Positions 44,279 to 53,077 of a DNA stretch of 64,000 nucleotides are shown piece by piece. Origin of the DNA: an uncultured Pseudomonadota bacterium (GTDB lineage Bacteria > Chloroflexota > UBA5177 > JAJPKF01); the NCBI GenBank assembly GCA_963799725.1, contig CAWCYJ010000026.1, forward strand, positions 5,120-69,119, given 5' to 3'. The translations under genes and the position numbers were made by a program. The notes beneath the pieces are model-generated. The model saw only the letters and a program-made list of their open reading frames with translations, was not told the DNA's origin and ran no database searches. Each line of letters starts with the position of its first letter. The stretch's first letter is position 1.

Positions 44279-44749
44279 TTAGGCTGTGAGGAGGACTGTC
44301 TGCTCACCCACGGCTGCAGCCGCGTGAAACTCCCAGAGGGTAACCGGATGCGGCCCGGGGCCGGAGGTGCGAACGACAGTCACTCGCAAACCCTGCCGGC
44401 TGGCTGGTCTCGCAATCCATCCAACTGCAGCACCCGGCTGATACTGGGATGCCGCTGACGGGTCAAGAAGAGAGGTGGGAAGCTCTAGCCGGCCCTTTTT
44501 GTGGATTGGAGCTACAAATTCAATTGGTCCAACTTGTGCCGGTCGGTTCGTTCGAGTGATCTTCGCGGTGTGATGCAAACGTCCCCCAGGCTTCTTCGTC
44601 GCTCCCGCGGCTACTCCACAGCCGGAGAGCTGAAGCACGACGACAACGGCGGCGACCAAAAGTAGCCCTCCCGGAAGTAGCCTGGTACGCGATCCTGGCG
44701 ACTTCGTCTTTGACGTTAGAGATGCGACGAATCCAAGTACTCTTTTCAT
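44279..44749 (-). CDS. Small lipoprotein, unknown function
   Basis: Signal with lipobox LQLSGC. Its N-terminus and 5' leader are paralogous to the next gene upstream. Confidence 0.6.
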   Translation of the reverse strand: MKRVLGFVASLTSKTKSPGSRTRLLPGGLLLVAAVVVVLQLSGCGVAAGATKKPGGRLHHTAKITRTNRPAQVGPIEFVAPIHKKGRLELPTSLLDPSAASQYQPGAAVGWIARPASRQGLRVTVVRTSGPGPHPVTLWEFHAAAAVGEQTVLLTA

Positions 44750-44810
44750 GTTCTTCTCCGTTTGTTGTTATTTCGCGACGGCTTGCTAACGCCATAGAAG
44801 ATCGAATCAC
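44750..44810 (-). repeat. Conserved 5' leader/promoter block, copy 1
   Basis: In gene orientation it reads GTGATTCGATCTTCTATGGCGTTAGCAAG...AATAACAACAAACGGAGAAGAACATG, a near-repeat of 45351-45413. Confidence 0.7.
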
Positions 44811-44849
44811 TCAGCGTCCTCCGAGTCAGAGACTCGCCGTGGCCCGGAG

Positions 44850-45350
44850 CTATACCCTCTCACTCGAGCTTCGAGTAAACCGAATGGACCAGCGACAGTG
44901 GCGCTTCACCTGAATACCGACATCCCGATAGGTGCCCGATACGAGGTTGGCCAGCCAGCCTGACCAGCTTCCTTGGTTTTTGTCGCGGCTGTACTTGATG
45001 TAGTCGCCGGTGCTCGGCTGCAAGTGAAACTGTACTACCTGATACCCATTGGTGCCGGTGACAGCAAGCGTACGTGCGCATCCTGGTCTGTTCCGCTCTT
45101 CGATAATCCATGCTCCACGGGGAACATGGAACCAGTAGGATGCACCCTTCCCGACTCGTGAATATGTGAGAGGAAAATGCACGTGGTGCACGTGGCGAGT
45201 GCTCGCCGCTTCCGTGTTCGTACTAATCGAGACAGCGAAGGGTACGACAACGCCCAAGATAAACGCCAGTAGAAGTGAGGTCACCGTACGCGAACCGCGG
45301 AACTTCATCGTTGACATGAGAGATGGCACAAAGCCAAGTGCTGCGGGCAT
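44850..45350 (-). CDS. Small secreted/membrane-anchored protein, unknown function
   Basis: The N-terminus MPAALGFVPSLMSTMKFRGSRTVTSLLLAFILGVVVPFAV parallels MKRVLGFVASLTSKTKSPGSRTRLL of 44279-44749. Confidence 0.6.
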   Translation of the reverse strand: MPAALGFVPSLMSTMKFRGSRTVTSLLLAFILGVVVPFAVSISTNTEAASTRHVHHVHFPLTYSRVGKGASYWFHVPRGAWIIEERNRPGCARTLAVTGTNGYQVVQFHLQPSTGDYIKYSRDKNQGSWSGWLANLVSGTYRDVGIQVKRHCRWSIRFTRSSSERV

Positions 45351-45413
45351 GTTCTTCTCCGTTTTGTGTTATTCCCCAACCTCTTGCTACCGGCGTAGAA
45401 AATCGAATCAATC
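45351..45413 (-). repeat. Conserved 5' leader/promoter block, copy 2
   Basis: In gene orientation it reads GATTGATTCGATTTTCTACGCCGGTAGCAAG...AATAACACAAAACGGAGAAGAACATG. Confidence 0.7.
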
Positions 45414-46282
45414 AGTATGCGGCAGACTGCGGGATTGTGCTTGTTTCCTTGCCGTGACTTAGAGCTCGGACGAGTTTCCTAGGCACCTGCTTGAGCACCA
45501 CGAATTGATGCTTTTCCAATGTTTCCTTGAAGTCACGACCGCGGGCACCCAGGAATGCAAAGCTTCTGGCATCGTAATAGAAGCGGAAAGGGGAAAGGGG
45601 AGCGCCTGGAATACGAGCGATTAAGGTAAGTGCGCTGCGACCGTCTAGTGTGGATCGCGTTACCCCGAATGTTGCCTTCACGTGATCACGAGGATTCTGA
45701 AGAATAGTCGCCACGAGGCTACCCTCTTGACCCGCCAGTGGGCTGGCCATCAGCTCACTGAGGACGGTCCTTCTGTGAGGAATGGGTGAAATCCAAGTTC
45801 GCGTCAAGTGGGACGAGTGCGCGGAGATTCTTAGCTCGACCGCAAGCTTCCCGTACTGCCTCACCTCGACCTTGGTGCCTTTCGGTTGTGTTTCCTCCCA
45901 GACATGCAGCAGCCCAGATAAGCGCTGACCGGGAGAGCCCGATAACTACGCGATACGTATCCTCTACGATTCGATCTCTGGACAATGCCACGGCAGCTGC
46001 TTTTGAAAGTACGACAGACGCGCTCGGCTTCTGTTCGGAAGCCGGCCAGTAATGGATAGCGGATCCTACGAGCAAAGCCAGGCAGGCTGCAGCAACCAGA
46101 AGGCCGCCAAGCCGTAGTCGAGTCGACGGCCAAGAGCGCCTGGGAGTTCTTGCTCCAACCGATTCCTGAAGCCTCTCTCGAACAAAGACCTCAATCGGCG
46201 GTGTGGAGGGGAACGAAAGATTCCTCCCCCAATCCTGTAAGGAATCTTCAAGGTCTTCGCTTTGCCGGTCCGTTCTAGTCAT
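45412..46282 (-). pseudogene. Anti-sigma factor-like single-pass membrane protein, split over two frames
   Basis: Its start overlaps the sigma gene stop by 8 nt. A cytoplasmic N-terminal segment is followed by a TM (LRLGGLLVAAACLALLVGSAI). The extracytoplasmic part continues in ORF 45412-45864 in another frame, with the overlap at 45755-45864. Confidence 0.55.
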
Positions 46283-46862
46283 TTTGTAGGCTCGCGGTCA
46301 GCGGCTCCCGATCTTGCTGACCGAGGATCTGTCGCAGTCTGCCAATCGAGCGCGAAAGCCGGGACTTTACCGTGCCCTTCGAACAATCCATCGCTAGTGC
46401 CATCTCTGACTCCGATAGCTCAAGGCCGTATCTGTAAGCGAGGACAATCTGATCTGTGACCGGGAGATGCTTTATCGCTGCTTCCAGAGTTGCTCGCCTT
46501 TCCGCGAGCAACACCTGCGCTTCAACCCATCCCGCAGACGTTGTCGCCCGCTCACTTAACAACTGCAGCTCCAGTCGCCGGTCACGCAGAACCGAGGCTT
46601 GTCGACGGCGTGCCTCATTCGTCACAATCTTGAGGAGCCATGGTCGAAAGGAGTGGCCCTCTTGGAACCGAGACAGTGCCCTATGAGCACGTAGAAATGC
46701 TTCCTGGGCCGCGTCCTCGGCAGCCCCCGCCTCTCGTGTAATAAGGTAAGCGGTTCTAAACGCCACATCTTGGTAGCGCCGTACGAGTTCGGCATAGGCG
46801 TCGATATCCCCACCTCGAGCTTTTGCAATCAGCTCGTCGTCCAGCAACCAGACCTCGCTTCT
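46275..46862 (-). CDS. ECF-type RNA polymerase sigma-70 factor
   Basis: Region 2 is YAELVRRYQDVAFRTAYLITREAGAAEDAAQEAFLRAHRAL..F......RPWLLKIVTNEA. Region 4 is LPVTDQIVLAYRYGLELSESEMALAMDCSKGTVKSRLSRS. The start is placed at MHHDRV; the track ORF extends to 47030. Confidence 0.85.
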   Translation of the reverse strand, partial: RSEVWLLDDELIAKARGGDIDAYAELVRRYQDVAFRTAYLITREAGAAEDAAQEAFLRAHRALSRFQEGHSFRPWLLKIVTNEARRRQASVLRDRRLELQLLSERATTSAGWVEAQVLLAERRATLEAAIKHLPVTDQIVLAYRYGLELSESEMALAMDCSKGTVKSRLSRSIGRLRQILGQQDREPLTASLQND

Positions 46863-47136
46863 TGCTTCTGTCTCTATTACCCGATCATGGTGCATTTGGT
46901 TCCCAGCCGCCTCAAAGTGGCTGCGCACCTGTCCGTCGCCGCCATTATCAGGCGTCGACAGAAGAGTCGGATGGATGAGCAACAGAGGTCCGAGCCGGCT
47001 GCTCGCGCATTTTCTGTGGATTGTGCCCACACACTAACTGCCTAGAATCGGCTGAGGTCGCTCGGGTAGCTGATCTTCGGGACGAGATAGCTGCCATTGA
47101 CTGATAGTCCCGTGAAGAGAACTGATGGAGAGTGTG

Positions 47137-47349
47137 ATGCATACCAGTGCACGGAATCGGCTGCCGGGAACCGTTACCGACATCAGACTCGGCACCGTGA
47201 TGGCTCAAATCGGAATACGCGTTGGCGACAACCAGATCGACGCTGTGATTACCCGGGACTCGGCGGAGGAGATGGAGCTGAAAGTTGGAGACCGGGTCTT
47301 CGCAGTGATTAAGTCGACCGAGGTCATGGTCAACAAGGAGAGTAGCTGA
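47137..47349 (+). CDS. Molybdopterin/molybdate-binding Mop (TOBE) domain protein
   Basis: At ~70 aa, SARNRLPGTVTDIRLGTVMAQIGIRVGDNQIDAVITRDSAEEMELKVGDRVFAVIKSTEVMV is the classic Mop/TOBE fold sequence. Confidence 0.8.
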   Translation: MHTSARNRLPGTVTDIRLGTVMAQIGIRVGDNQIDAVITRDSAEEMELKVGDRVFAVIKSTEVMVNKESS

Positions 47350-48302
47350 TGTACCGGCGAATATTGGCCGTCGCGGCTATACTTTCACTCAGTGTGCTGG
47401 CATTCTCTCCGACACCTCACAGCGCCAGCAAGCGGTCAGTGAAGGTGGCATATGCAGCTTCGCTGCAAGCGGCCAATGAAGGCACGGTGGGACCGGCTTT
47501 CGAGAAATCGACGGGCTATGGCTACCAAGGACAGGGGCTGGCATCCGGCGAGATCGCGAACGAGATCAAGGGGAGAATCCTTTCGCCTGACGTTGTGGAG
47601 TTTGCGGACCCGGCCGTCAATAGCCAGCTCATGGGCAAGGCCAACGGTAACTACGTCAAGTGGTACGTCGACTTTGCGCGTACTCGACTCGTCATCGGTT
47701 TCAACCCCAAAGGGAAGTTCGCCAGCCTTTTTCGCAAAGTCAATAAGCACAAGCTTGCCTGGTTTAAGCCACTAGTGGCAAAAGGCCTTCGGTTCGGTCG
47801 CACAGATCCACAGGTTGATCCAAAAGGTTACCGCGTGATCTGGGCATTTCGCCTCGCCCAGAAGCTGTTTGGACTCAAAAATTTCGAAAAGCAGGTTTTA
47901 GGTCCAGTCGAGAATTCCCAACAGGTCTATCCAGAGAACGTTCTCGTTTCACGTCTAGAGACGGGGGAGATCGATGCTGGTGTCTTTTATCTGGCCGAGG
48001 CAGAAGCGGCAAAGATTCCCTACATTAGCCTTCCGCACACGATCGACCTTGGAGAACTGAAGTACGCGAAAGTCTATGCAACACAGCACTTTGTTACTAA
48101 CGAGGGCAAAAAGCTCACGGGTGCGCCAATTCTCTACACGATCACGATCCCGAGCACTGTAAAGAACAGGGCTGGCGCCACTGCCTTCGTTAAGTTTGTG
48201 CTGTCAAAGAAGGGGGAAAAGCTCTCTTCCAAACTTGGATTGCTTACAACCAGGCACACTGTGGTGGGCGATAAGAGAGCGGTTCCTCGCCATATTTTCT
48301 AG
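47349..48302 (+). CDS. Periplasmic-binding protein of a molybdate/tungstate-type ABC system
   Basis: Signal peptide and ~300-aa PBP-2 architecture. It sits between Mop and a ModB-like permease with overlapping stop/start (TGATG at 47347-47351). Specificity is inferred from context. Confidence 0.6.
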   Translation: MYRRILAVAAILSLSVLAFSPTPHSASKRSVKVAYAASLQAANEGTVGPAFEKSTGYGYQGQGLASGEIANEIKGRILSPDVVEFADPAVNSQLMGKANGNYVKWYVDFARTRLVIGFNPKGKFASLFRKVNKHKLAWFKPLVAKGLRFGRTDPQVDPKGYRVIWAFRLAQKLFGLKNFEKQVLGPVENSQQVYPENVLVSRLETGEIDAGVFYLAEAEAAKIPYISLPHTIDLGELKYAKVYATQHFVTNEGKKLTGAPILYTITIPSTVKNRAGATAFVKFVLSKKGEKLSSKLGLLTTRHTVVGDKRAVPRHIF

Positions 48303-48361
48303 CGCTCGGTGCGGTCTCCGCGTGAGGGTCAGCGGACAAGAACTGTCCGGTCGGTAGCTGT

Positions 48362-49216
48362 TTGACAACAAGCACTGATCGAATGCCACATCGCCGTTCC
48401 TGGTGTGGACTGTCGTTGCTTCCAGGGACAGTCCTCCTATGCCTCATGGGATCCTTGCTCGTCGTCTTCCTTGCTCTGCCAATCTTTGCCTTGCTTGCCA
48501 ATCAAGCAGGCAACCAGATCTGGCCAGTGCTGGCGAATGCTCAAACCATTGCCGCCGTTCTTACCTCGCTTGTCAGTACCAGCATCTCGACCCTGCTGAT
48601 TACGATTTTCGGCGTCCCTTTGGCCTACTTGCTAGCACGCTTCAGATTTCCGGGGCGCGCTCTACTTGGTGGCCTTGTCTATCTACCTCTGGTCCTCCCA
48701 CCTTTGGTGGGTGGAATCATGCTGCTACTCGTCTGGGGGCAAGCCGGAACGGTGGGGCAGTTCCTAGAGCCGCGTGGCCTGAACTTCGTCGGTGAAATCT
48801 CGGGCATCGTTCTCGCTCAAATGTTCGTGAGCGCACCCTTCGTCGTGGTCGCGGCGCGTTCAGCCTTCGAACGAGTGGACACGGATCTAGATGAAGCGGC
48901 ACGGATTGCCGGAGCCGGAACACTCCAAATCTTCTGGTCGATCGCGGTCCCATTGAGCCTGCGGGCAATCATGGCTGGAGCGGCTCTTTCGTGGATGAGA
49001 GCATTCGGGGAATTTGGGGCAACGGTCATCATGGCTTACCATCCGTATTCCTTCTCTGTCTTCACCTACGTGCAGTTCAGTAGCTACGGACTCGGACCCG
49101 TTCTACCGATGGCTCTGTTGAGTGTGATCCTGGGAGCGGGCATCCTCGTGCTTGCCGCAGGGCTTGAGCGCATTGGTGTGCTTGGGATATTGGCTGCGCG
49201 GTTGACAAGTCGGTGA
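48362..49216 (+). CDS. modB: ABC transporter permease (CysTW/ModB family)
   Basis: Six hydrophobic segments and the EAA loop LDEAARIAGAGTLQIFWSIAVPL. TTG start at 48362, with ATG 48383 as an alternative. Confidence 0.7.
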   Translation: MTTSTDRMPHRRSWCGLSLLPGTVLLCLMGSLLVVFLALPIFALLANQAGNQIWPVLANAQTIAAVLTSLVSTSISTLLITIFGVPLAYLLARFRFPGRALLGGLVYLPLVLPPLVGGIMLLLVWGQAGTVGQFLEPRGLNFVGEISGIVLAQMFVSAPFVVVAARSAFERVDTDLDEAARIAGAGTLQIFWSIAVPLSLRAIMAGAALSWMRAFGEFGATVIMAYHPYSFSVFTYVQFSSYGLGPVLPMALLSVILGAGILVLAAGLERIGVLGILAARLTSR

Positions 49217-49435
49217 GCGAGCCACCGATGTGCCGCGAGACGATGCACCACAGTTCCCGTGACTGGCACTCGCTCAGGTTTCGCTGAGAAAGTGGGGCCT
49301 CCTTGGCTAACCCGAATAGGCCAGGGCGGATTGGCGCGTTAAGGCAAATTTCACCTTTTGTCAATGTCGGGGTAACGCTTCGTGGCTATGGTAAGCCGAC
49401 AGCAGGACTCGCATGATGATGCTGCACATTAAGGA

Positions 49436-50074
49436 ATGGAAGGATATCCCATGAAGACCATCAAGCTCGCTATCGTCGCCCTCGTCGCTGCCACTGCTAT
49501 CGCCGCAATGGTTCCCGGAGCCGCTCTTGCGGCCCACGCCTCTAAAGGCCACCCATCGCAGCACAGTGGAGTTATCTTTGGCTCGCTTAGTAACTACATG
49601 GTTGCGGCAACCACCACGGGAACAATAACGACCCCAGCTGGTGATGTTGCCAACTTTACCCTTGGAAAGAAGGCGAAGCTCGTTTCTGAGGACGGATCCG
49701 CGGCTCCCGCGAACGCCGACAATGTGGCTGCTTGGGTTGGCTGGCACAAAGGTGCGGCGACCGTGAGACGCCTGGAGTTTGGCGTCAACCCCTTCGCCGT
49801 AGGCCGAAATTATGGATTCAACGGTACATGCTCGGCCGTCACGCTCAACCCCGACTCCAGCCTTTCAGCCTTTACCATCACCTTTGGCAAGGGCCAGGCC
49901 AAGAGCGCAACCTACAACGTTGATACCAGTACTAAGTACTTCGAGAAGGGCAAAGCAGCCCCGGATACCGCGGTTGCAAGTGGCGAGCGACTGAACGGTC
50001 GGGCCAAGGAATTCACGAATGGTTCTTGGTTCGCATCGATTGTTCGCATTCGAGCTGCAAAGCACAAGAAGTAG
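49436..50074 (+). CDS. Secreted hypothetical protein
   Basis: Signal peptide MKTIKLAIVALVAATAIAAMVPGAALAAHA (the start may be 49451). A strong terminator follows. Confidence 0.6.
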   Translation: MEGYPMKTIKLAIVALVAATAIAAMVPGAALAAHASKGHPSQHSGVIFGSLSNYMVAATTTGTITTPAGDVANFTLGKKAKLVSEDGSAAPANADNVAAWVGWHKGAATVRRLEFGVNPFAVGRNYGFNGTCSAVTLNPDSSLSAFTITFGKGQAKSATYNVDTSTKYFEKGKAAPDTAVASGERLNGRAKEFTNGSWFASIVRIRAAKHKK

Positions 50075-50110
50075 AAAGAGTCGCTGTCAGCACTCAGGTA
50101 AAGCGTTCTT

Positions 50111-50150
50111 GCGCGACGCCGGATGTAATTCCGGCGTCGTGCCCTTTTTG
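50111..50150 (+). terminator. Rho-independent terminator
   Basis: GCGCGACGCCGGA (50111-50123) pairs with TCCGGCGTCGTGC (50130-50142), with one G-U pair and a 6-nt loop. CCTTTTT follows. Confidence 0.65.
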
Positions 50151-50284
50151 GATGCTCCTCGGCATCCGGTAGTCCTGAACCTATCGGGAGCATGTCCTAG
50201 GAGTGAAAGAGCGATTGAGAGCCGTTCGTTCCACATGCCGTTGATTTGATTGCCGACCGGCGAGATTTGGAAGGCCCCCACTTG

Positions 50285-51214
50285 TTATCCGTCCGTCTCG
50301 GCTCGCGGGTGTGGACCGACAATCCTATTTCGCATGTAGCCGATTCCCTCGATGTCCGTCTCCATGAGGTCACCCGCCTTCAGGAACTCCTTGGGATCGC
50401 GTCCATAACCGACGCCTGGTGGGGTGCCTGTCGCAATAAGCGTCCCCGCTGGCAGGGTCATACCCTTCGATAGTTGGGAAATCAGCTCGGCCACGGGGAA
50501 AATCATATCCTTCGTGGTTCCTTGCTGCTTCACCTCCCCGTTGACTCTCAGAGTCACCCGCAGGCGCTGCGGATCGGGTACTTCGTCCGCAGTCACGATC
50601 CAGGGACCAGTGGGACAGTATCCATCCAGGCTCTTCCCTTTGAAAAACTGACCGCCCCATCCGTACTGAAGATCTCGTGCCGACACGTCATTAAGAGTCA
50701 CGTAACCGAAGACATGGCTCAGGGCCACATCGGATCCCACATTCAAAGCCGGTCGACCGATCACCACCCCAAGCTCTGCCTCCCAATCGATCTGGGAGGA
50801 GATCTCGGGATCTACCAGGATGTCATCAAAGGGACCGCAAATGGTTGTTTGTGCCTTGGTGAATACGGTCGGCTTGTCGTCACCGCCGCCACGAGCTCGG
50901 GCAATCTCGCTCGCATGTTCGGCATAGTTCCGTCCAATTGCGACAACGTTTCCCCGAGGCGGATCGAGCGGCGCTAAGAGGACCGACTCGGTCAGCGGCT
51001 GGACGTGTTGCTGGAGGAGGCCCGATTCCCTTGCCCGATCCAACAGGTGAACGAGGTGGTCAATGCCTTCTACGCCAAGGTCAATAAGTTCAAGTAGGTC
51101 AGGAACAAAGGGCGTGTCGAGAGACTCTGCCAAGGTGCCGATATCGATTAATTGGTCGCCTTCTACGACTGCCAAGCGCCTTTCCGCGCCTCGCCGAAAC
51201 ATTGCTAGCCGCAA
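50285..51214 (-). CDS. Fumarylacetoacetate hydrolase (FAH) family protein
   Basis: NVVAIGRNYAEHA, DWEAELGVVIG, the metal-binding acidic residues and GDLMETDIEGIG are typical of FAH-family hydratases/decarboxylases. Confidence 0.85.
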   Translation of the reverse strand: MRLAMFRRGAERRLAVVEGDQLIDIGTLAESLDTPFVPDLLELIDLGVEGIDHLVHLLDRARESGLLQQHVQPLTESVLLAPLDPPRGNVVAIGRNYAEHASEIARARGGGDDKPTVFTKAQTTICGPFDDILVDPEISSQIDWEAELGVVIGRPALNVGSDVALSHVFGYVTLNDVSARDLQYGWGGQFFKGKSLDGYCPTGPWIVTADEVPDPQRLRVTLRVNGEVKQQGTTKDMIFPVAELISQLSKGMTLPAGTLIATGTPPGVGYGRDPKEFLKAGDLMETDIEGIGYMRNRIVGPHPRAETDG

Positions 51215-51292
51215 CTCTCAACCCCCATACCGTCGATTCCGTCTCCTCTGTCCACCAAGATGGCGACACAAAAGCGCCTGTCAGAAGGTTTG

Positions 51293-51625
51293 TTACCAGT
51301 TGAGCGGCTCGATGAAGATGTCGACCTCACCGCCGCAGGAAAGTCCCACACTCCAGGCCATCTCGTCTGAGATGCCATAGTGGACCAGCCGCGGAGTCTC
51401 TTCCTGGAGCACCTCCATGGCTTCCTCGAAGACTGCAGCCTCGAGACATCCGCCGCTGACAGAGCCTGCGATCTCTCCTGACAAACTTATCGCCATCTTT
51501 GCCCCGTTCGGTCTAGGAACCGAACCAGCCGTTTTCACCACGGTGGCAAGCGCTACCGAGTCACCGGCCTCCCGCCATCGCACAACATCCTCAAGTATGT
51601 CCTTCATCTGTACCTCTTGACTCAT
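51293..51625 (-). CDS. XdhC/CoxI-family N-terminal domain protein
   Basis: VALATVVKTAGSVPRPNGAKMAISLSGEIAGSVSGGCLE is the XdhC_CoxI signature. Only the N-terminal domain is encoded (110 aa). Confidence 0.7.
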   Translation of the reverse strand: MSQEVQMKDILEDVVRWREAGDSVALATVVKTAGSVPRPNGAKMAISLSGEIAGSVSGGCLEAAVFEEAMEVLQEETPRLVHYGISDEMAWSVGLSCGGEVDIFIEPLNW

Positions 51626-51775
51626 TCTCGCCTAGCCCGCAGTTTCTTGCGACAGGCAAATGACGGCAGTCACCCCGGCAAGGGATCGAGCCCGTACCCG
51701 AGCACGAGTACGATTGCACTCAAGACAGGATGAGCGGTCCAACCCGTCTACGCCGTGATCCGCCCGATCGGGAAG

Positions 51776-52924
51776 TTAGAGAGTCACGGCCTCCGGCTTA
51801 TGATCGCGGCTAAAGGATGGGGCGGAGTGATCGCGGCCGAGTAGGAACTCCTCTACGGCTTGAGCGATTCTCGGGGCCGCGCTTCCGTCGCCAAACGGGC
51901 TGACTGGGCGGCTCATCCTCGCGTAGACGTCGGGCTCCGCCAACAGCCGATGTGCTTGGCTCGCAATTACCTCTTCATCCGTACCCACCAGGAGCGCACA
52001 CCCAGCCTCGACAGCTTCCATCCGCTCAGTGTGGTTCCTCATCACTAGAACCGGTTTGCCTAGCACCGGAGCCTCCTCCTGGAGGCCGCCGGAATCAGTC
52101 AGAACAAAAGTGGATTGCGCCAATGCTTGGATGAACGGAAGGTAATCCATGGGGGGAACGAGCTTGACTCGCTCCTCGGATCCTAGGATCTCGTAAACAG
52201 GGCCCCTAACGTTGGGATTAGGGTGTACCGGGTACATGACGACCACTTCGGGATGTTGTCGGGCGATCTGACGGATGGCGCGACAGATGCCGCGCATCGG
52301 CTCGCCAAAGCTCTCTCGACGATGTGCCGTCACGAGAATAAGAGGCGCCTCTGTTACTGCCAGTCGAGGCAGTCTCTGCAACAGGAAGTGAAGTGCGTCG
52401 ACGACCGTATTTCCCGTAAGGTAGATGTTTTCCTGCGGTACAGCCTCAGCTTCCAAGGCTGCGACCGCTCGGTTAGTGGGTGCAAAGTGGAGGGTTGTCA
52501 CAGCGCTGATGAGCTTCCTATTGGCTTCTTCCGGGAATGGTTCGTAGAGCTCTCCCGTCCTCAGGCCTGCTTCGACGTGTCCCACGGGAATGCGGGCGTA
52601 ATGGGAGGACACAGCAGCGGCCATCGCTGTGGAAGTATCACCCTGCACTAGAACAAGATCCGGCTCTGCCTTCGACAGCACCTCGGGTAGCTGCTTGAAA
52701 ATCGCCGAGGCGACATCGGAGGGTGTCTGATTACGGGCCATGACATCTAGGTCGTAATCCGGCGTAATGCCGAAGGTCGGCAGAATCTGCTCGACCATTT
52801 CACGATGCTGTCCCGTGAGGCAGACGATGGGCTGCACTTCCGTCGAGTCCAACAGGGCACGCACCACGGGAGCCATCTTTACAGCCTCAGGGCGCGTACC
52901 GAACACCAGCAAAGCCTTCTTCAT
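51776..52924 (-). CDS. wecB: UDP-N-acetylglucosamine 2-epimerase (non-hydrolysing)
   Basis: MKKALLVFGTRPEAVKMAPV..., LVQGDTSTA, HVEAGLRT and DSGGLQEE are present, at 382 aa. Confidence 0.9.
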   Translation of the reverse strand: MKKALLVFGTRPEAVKMAPVVRALLDSTEVQPIVCLTGQHREMVEQILPTFGITPDYDLDVMARNQTPSDVASAIFKQLPEVLSKAEPDLVLVQGDTSTAMAAAVSSHYARIPVGHVEAGLRTGELYEPFPEEANRKLISAVTTLHFAPTNRAVAALEAEAVPQENIYLTGNTVVDALHFLLQRLPRLAVTEAPLILVTAHRRESFGEPMRGICRAIRQIARQHPEVVVMYPVHPNPNVRGPVYEILGSEERVKLVPPMDYLPFIQALAQSTFVLTDSGGLQEEAPVLGKPVLVMRNHTERMEAVEAGCALLVGTDEEVIASQAHRLLAEPDVYARMSRPVSPFGDGSAAPRIAQAVEEFLLGRDHSAPSFSRDHKPEAVTL

Positions 52925-53077
52925 CAGATCCCCAGTTCTAAGGCCGATTCCGAGGAGGGCAATCGTGCTCTTCGATACTTCTTTGGCGCGGTCATGACTC
53001 TGGTACTCTCAATTTCTGAAGTTTCACTGGGTGCTAATCGACCAACGGGCAACGTCATGGCACAGACATGATAGCGA

